NCBI GenBank assembly: GCA_965248055.1
Contig: CBDFIJ010000004.1
Location: forward strand, 2,656,001 to 2,720,000
Source: Candidatus Multivoradales bacterium
GTDB taxonomy: Bacteria; Acidobacteriota; Thermoanaerobaculia; Multivoradales; JAHEKO01
Reading direction: 5' to 3'
Length of the DNA stretch: 64,000 nucleotides
The translations under genes were made by a program, and so were the position numbers. Under the pieces are notes generated by a model, which was given only the letters and a program-made list of their open reading frames with translations, had not been told where the DNA came from and searched no databases. Position 1 is the stretch's first letter. Every line of letters starts with the position of its first letter. Positions 59,797-64,000 of this stretch are shown piece by piece.

Positions 59797-60962
59797 TGAG
59801 AGTCTCCTTGGCTCGAATCCGGTTGGACAATGTCGGGACGCACGATGGCCCCGGCGTGGGTCACCAGAACCTGGCTGGTGATTTCATCGTCTAGGTCCAT
59901 GGCAAGTGGCTGTACCGTGTTTTCTTGAGTCAAGTGGAGGACGAGCGCCTCCAAGTTGCGCGCATAAAGGCGGCTGGCGTCATGGCCGACATCGGCGGCC
60001 AGATTGGAGGGCCCGATAATCGTCACTCCGTTGTGGACTGTGGTCTGTCCGGACACCGTAAGCTCGCAGTTGCCGCCTTGGGCTGCAGCGAGGTCGACAA
60101 TGACCCCACCAGGGCGCATCGACTCGACCATCTCACGGGTAATCAACAACGGGGCCCGCTTGCCCGGGACTTGTGCGGTGGCGATCACGACATCGGCCTG
60201 CGCCACCCGTTGGGCGACGATCTTGCGTTGCTCGGCGAGAAACTCAGGGGTCATTTCTTTTGCATAGCCCCCTGCGCCTTCGCCGCTTGATTCCAACTCG
60301 GGTAGATCGATAAAGCGACCGCCTAAGGATTCGACTTGCTCGCGCACCGCTTCGCGAATATCCGACACTTCAACCACTGAGCCCAACCGTTTCGCCGTAG
60401 CCAGTGCTTGCAACCCAGCAACCCCACCGCCCATAACCACAACCCGGGCAGGGGAAACTGTCCCGGCGGCGGTCATCATCAAGGGGAAGTATTGGGCCAA
60501 GGTGTTCGCTGCCAAGACTGCAGCTTTGTATCCAGCGACGCTCGCCTGGGACGAAAGAGCGTCCATAGTCTGAGCGCGGGTAATCCGTGGCACCAACTCA
60601 ACGGAAGCTGTGCTCACTCCGTCTGCGGCGAGTTGCACCAATTCTTGTTGGTGCAGGTAAGGATCCAAGAAGCCGACTAGAAGAGCACCTTGTGAAATTT
60701 TTGGCAGTACCCCATCTTTGGACCACGGCGATACCGTCAAGATGACGTCGTAGTCGAGCCACGACCCTGGGGTGACGATCTCGGCGCCAGCAGAGCGATA
60801 TTCCTGGTCTGGGTAGAAAGAGCGTTCGCCCGCCCCGGCCTCGACGTTGAGGAGGAATCCCTTCTTACGGAAACCAGCAACCGTATCCGGGGTCGCTGCG
60901 ACCCGGTTTTCGCCGTCGGTCGGAGTGGCAACTAGGATGGAGAGTGGCGATTCCGACGTCAT
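59793..60962 (-). CDS. pntAA: NAD(P) transhydrogenase alpha subunit, NAD-binding part
   Basis: RVAATP, PRITRAQTMDALSS, GGGVAGL, GGYAK, GGNC. Confidence 0.95.
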   Translation of the reverse strand: MTSESPLSILVATPTDGENRVAATPDTVAGFRKKGFLLNVEAGAGERSFYPDQEYRSAGAEIVTPGSWLDYDVILTVSPWSKDGVLPKISQGALLVGFLDPYLHQQELVQLAADGVSTASVELVPRITRAQTMDALSSQASVAGYKAAVLAANTLAQYFPLMMTAAGTVSPARVVVMGGGVAGLQALATAKRLGSVVEVSDIREAVREQVESLGGRFIDLPELESSGEGAGGYAKEMTPEFLAEQRKIVAQRVAQADVVIATAQVPGKRAPLLITREMVESMRPGGVIVDLAAAQGGNCELTVSGQTTVHNGVTIIGPSNLAADVGHDASRLYARNLEALVLHLTQENTVQPLAMDLDDEITSQVLVTHAGAIVRPDIVQPDSSQGDSQ

Positions 60963-61076
60963 ATGCTTCTTTCGTCAAGGTCATCCTGCTTTGCTCGGGA
61001 GCTAGTGTCAAGTTTGCAGATTCGGGATTGTTTTGGCGGCTGATTGGCGCCGTTGGCGCGTGCTAAGTTGGGGGCC

Positions 61077-61811
61077 ATGACGGAAAAGGTCATCACCGCA
61101 GGCCCGGGAGTATTTGTCACCCTTGAGGGAACCGACGGCAGTGGCAAGTCGACCCAAATCAAGAGACTGCGGGAGTGGTTGGAGCAGGCGGGGATCGCTC
61201 ATACGACAACCCATGAGCCCGGTGGGACTGCGCTCGGTGAGCGCATTCGGCAGTGCTTTCTGGATGTGCCGATGGATGCGGTGGATGGCAAGTTGGAAGC
61301 GATGTTGGTATTTGCCGCCCGTCGTCATCATTTGCGACAAGTGATCCAACCGGCAGTTGCAGCAGGCCATTTGGTGCTGTGTGATCGGTTTACCGACTCG
61401 ACATTCGCCTACCAAGGATTTGGTCGAGGGGTGGTGCTCGACGAATTAATGAGCCTCGATCGGTGGGCGACCGGAAACGCCCGCCCCGACCTGACGTTGT
61501 TGTTTGACATTGGTCCAGAGGACGCTGCTGCTCGCACCCAACGGGCGGGGGCCGAACGCTCCAATAATCGCCTCGACCGAGAACACGGGGAGTTCTATCG
61601 CCGCGTTCGCGACGGCTATCGACACTTGGTGGAGGAGGATCCAGAGCGGTTTCGGGTGATTGACGCATCGGGCTCAGTTGACGAAACCAGTGAGGTGGCG
61701 ATCACGGTGTTGTCCGATTGGTTGATCGAGCGTGAATGGTCGGGGATCGACGACGTCTCGGCAGAGAGCTGGGCAAGTAGCCCCAGGGCCGATCAATCTC
61801 TCGTGGATTGA
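61077..61811 (+). CDS. tmk: Thymidylate kinase
   Basis: EGTDGSGKSTQ, EPGGT, CDRFTDSTFAYQG, PDLT. Confidence 0.95.
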   Translation: MTEKVITAGPGVFVTLEGTDGSGKSTQIKRLREWLEQAGIAHTTTHEPGGTALGERIRQCFLDVPMDAVDGKLEAMLVFAARRHHLRQVIQPAVAAGHLVLCDRFTDSTFAYQGFGRGVVLDELMSLDRWATGNARPDLTLLFDIGPEDAAARTQRAGAERSNNRLDREHGEFYRRVRDGYRHLVEEDPERFRVIDASGSVDETSEVAITVLSDWLIEREWSGIDDVSAESWASSPRADQSLVD

Positions 61812-62649
61812 CAGAACCGAGTACCGGACAGTGGAGAATCTGAAGAACACCTTGGTTCCGCTCGAAAGCCTGATCGCTAGCGGCAAGCTCTATCCTTCGG
61901 TGGTCCTGCACGGCAGTACTTTGGCCGGGAGGATCGAGGCCGCGGTTCATTTGTCGCGGATGATCTTGTGCGAACATCCGAGCGAACAACGGCCCTGTGG
62001 GCTTTGCAATACCTGTACGCGGATCGCGATTGATGACAGTGAATCTTTCCACCCGGACTTTCGACCCTTAGCCCGGGATCGCCCTACGGTGACCTCAACC
62101 GCTGCGGTTCGCACTTGGATCCAAGAGGCACACCTGACGCCGTTTGAGGCTCGGGCGAAAGTGTTCGTACTGATGGAAGCGGAAACTTTGGGGGCGGATG
62201 GCGCCGACGCCTTGCTCAAAGTCCTAGAAGAGCCTCCCGGGCGAGCAGCGCGTCAATTCTTCTTACTCAGCGGCAACGACCGTGAATTGTCGGCGACGGT
62301 GCGCAGTCGTTCGATGTCGTTCTATCTGGGTGCAGACCATGGCGAGAACGACCTTGGTGAAATCAGCGAGCGGATCGAATCGGCGCTGCTTGCTTCAGGC
62401 CCAGACCTGTCAGCGAGGCTAAGCGCTGCAATACTTGCCAGCGACGATTGGAAAGATGCCCGTTCCGGGGTCGCTTGGGGCAAAGTTGCCGACGCACTGG
62501 TGCGGGTAGGTACCCAGCACGACCGCCGATGGTTGTTCGACTTGGCGGCTGATTTAGTGGAAGCTCCGCGGCTACGCATCCGCGGCATTCCCGCCCACCG
62601 TATTGTCGAGGGCAGGGTGATCGAACACATCCAAAAATGTAGTAGATGA
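61732..62649 (+). CDS. holB: DNA polymerase III delta-prime-like subunit
   Basis: Zn module C...PCGLCNTC, HPD, ALLKVLEEPP, TVRSR; follows tmk. Confidence 0.8.
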   Translation: MNGRGSTTSRQRAGQVAPGPINLSWIDRTEYRTVENLKNTLVPLESLIASGKLYPSVVLHGSTLAGRIEAAVHLSRMILCEHPSEQRPCGLCNTCTRIAIDDSESFHPDFRPLARDRPTVTSTAAVRTWIQEAHLTPFEARAKVFVLMEAETLGADGADALLKVLEEPPGRAARQFFLLSGNDRELSATVRSRSMSFYLGADHGENDLGEISERIESALLASGPDLSARLSAAILASDDWKDARSGVAWGKVADALVRVGTQHDRRWLFDLAADLVEAPRLRIRGIPAHRIVEGRVIEHIQKCSR

Positions 62650-62732
62650 CGTAAGCTATGTGACCTGCGTGCCTGACTTTGGTTGGAGCAGAAACCATCT
62701 ACGTGTTGTTGTGGAAAAAGGGAGATAGAAGA

Positions 62733-63761
62733 ATGACCAAGAAATATGCCTGGGCAATCGCCCCGCTGATATTTTTGACTGCGATCGTGGCCTGTGCGGC
62801 TGAGGCGGCTCAGGAGGGTTCTGATAGCAACTTGGAGGTCTTGGCCAGCGTTGCAGGCACCGACATTTTGCGCTCCGAAGTTGAAGAGTCCGTCAAGGGT
62901 CAACTGATGGACCTGGATCGTCAACGCCATCAACTCCTTGAGGGTGCGCTCAAGGGCCGCATTGATCAAGCACTGATCGATGCCGAGGCCGCCGCCCGAG
63001 AAGTTTCGGTGGCGGAACTGTTGAAAGCTGAGGTCACCGACAATGTCGTGGCGGCCACGGATGAAGAAATCGACGCCTTCTACGAGCAGCGCAAGCAGCA
63101 GATGAACCAACCCAAAGAGGCGATGGTCGGTCGCATTCGCCAGCACATAGATGGCCAGAAAGCACAGCAATTGCGTGGCACTTTCTTGCGCACACTGCGC
63201 GCCAATCACTCGGTGGAGTCGTTCTTGGGCCCAATGCGTGTCGAGGTGGCTGATGCGCCCGCTCCTTCCTTTGGACCAGCCGACGCCCTGGTTACTCTGA
63301 TCGAGTTTTCTGACTTCCAGTGCCCCTACTGCAATCGTCTGGTTCCGACCATTGATCAGGTCAAGGCAGAGTACGGCGACAAAGTTCGTGTGATCTTTCG
63401 TCAGTTCCCCTTGGAGGCAATTCACGCCAACGCGCGCGGTGCCGCCGAGGCCTCTTTGTGCGCCGACGATGAAGGCAAGTTTTGGGAGTTGCATGACGCG
63501 ATGTTCGAAGACTTTCGCAACTTGTCACGAGACCGCATTATTGAGATGGGCGCAGAGTTTGGCCTCGGTGAAGCCTTCGTCGCTTGTCTCGACGACAGTC
63601 GCCATGCCGAGCGCGTAACCGCGGATATTGCGGCAGGTCGAGAAGCCGGCGTGTCCGGAACTCCGGCGATATTTGTCAACGGTCGCTTTGTTTCGGGTGC
63701 AGTGCCTTTCGAGCGTCTGGCGGCGATGATCGACGAAGAGCTCGACGCCGCCGGTGGTTGA
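62733..63761 (+). CDS. DsbA/thioredoxin-like protein with SurA-like N-terminal helical region
   Basis: EFSDFQCPYC, FPL, GVSGTP; signal peptide or lipobox. Confidence 0.9.
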   Translation: MTKKYAWAIAPLIFLTAIVACAAEAAQEGSDSNLEVLASVAGTDILRSEVEESVKGQLMDLDRQRHQLLEGALKGRIDQALIDAEAAAREVSVAELLKAEVTDNVVAATDEEIDAFYEQRKQQMNQPKEAMVGRIRQHIDGQKAQQLRGTFLRTLRANHSVESFLGPMRVEVADAPAPSFGPADALVTLIEFSDFQCPYCNRLVPTIDQVKAEYGDKVRVIFRQFPLEAIHANARGAAEASLCADDEGKFWELHDAMFEDFRNLSRDRIIEMGAEFGLGEAFVACLDDSRHAERVTADIAAGREAGVSGTPAIFVNGRFVSGAVPFERLAAMIDEELDAAGG

Positions 63762-64000
63762 TCGGCCTTCGACAAGGTGTTCTGAAGGCAGCTGGCAATC
63801 AGACGCTTGGGATGCGGAAGAGTATCGACGAATACTCCACGAAGCTGCAGACCTAGTCGCTGACTATCATCAGCAAGTAGCGCAACGACCGGTTCTCTCG
63901 GAGTCGGTTCCGGGAGAGGTGTCTGCTTTGCTGACAGAGGAAGCGCCCGAACTGCCGGTTGCTTGGGATCAACTGCGCGAGCAAATCCCTGAATTGGTCT

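Noticed and set aside
61732-62649. Degenerate Walker A in HolB as a sign of pseudogenisation
   Set aside because: Delta-prime is normally ATPase-inactive, and the frame is intact.
62322-63494. 390-aa minus-strand ORF
   Set aside because: Antisense shadow of holB and DsbA.
63762-64000. Possible 3' end of a minus-strand gene at the window edge
   Set aside because: Two open frames, neither recognisable; too little sequence to call.

Overview
Bacterial chromosomal segment of moderately high GC. Gene content (DUF4388, VPS10/BNR hydrolase, pilT-pilC-pilS-pilR, AddAB, split PntA) suggests Acidobacteriota (Thermoanaerobaculia-like) or a Myxococcota-like lineage; this is inference. Left to right: a ZnuD-like TonB-dependent receptor preceded by a CxxC/RAPP leader ORF; a TetR-led anaerobic aromatic-ring reduction operon (had, oah, class I benzoyl-CoA reductase) with a divergent hemerythrin; PH-domain pair, M20 peptidase, Ada-AlkA; ECF sigma plus membrane vWA protein; VPS10 hydrolase; LpxR-like protein plus S8 protease; a decaying polysaccharide locus (intact rml genes, broken glycosyltransferases) cut by an IS3-family element; an MBL/DUF442 pair; AddAB; a GAF-sigma54 activator; then moeA, DUF4388, FmdB, XdhC, pilRSCT, ABC exporter, orphans, pntAB, tmk, holB and DsbA. 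The most striking unannotated signal follows the sigma54 activator: enhancer-like repeats, an IHF-like site and a -24/-12 promoter point into a ~130-nt three-hairpin, C-rich, terminator-ended transcript with no credible ORF, i.e. a candidate activator-sRNA module. No rRNA, tRNA or CRISPR array was seen. All calls come from motif reading by eye; no searches were run.
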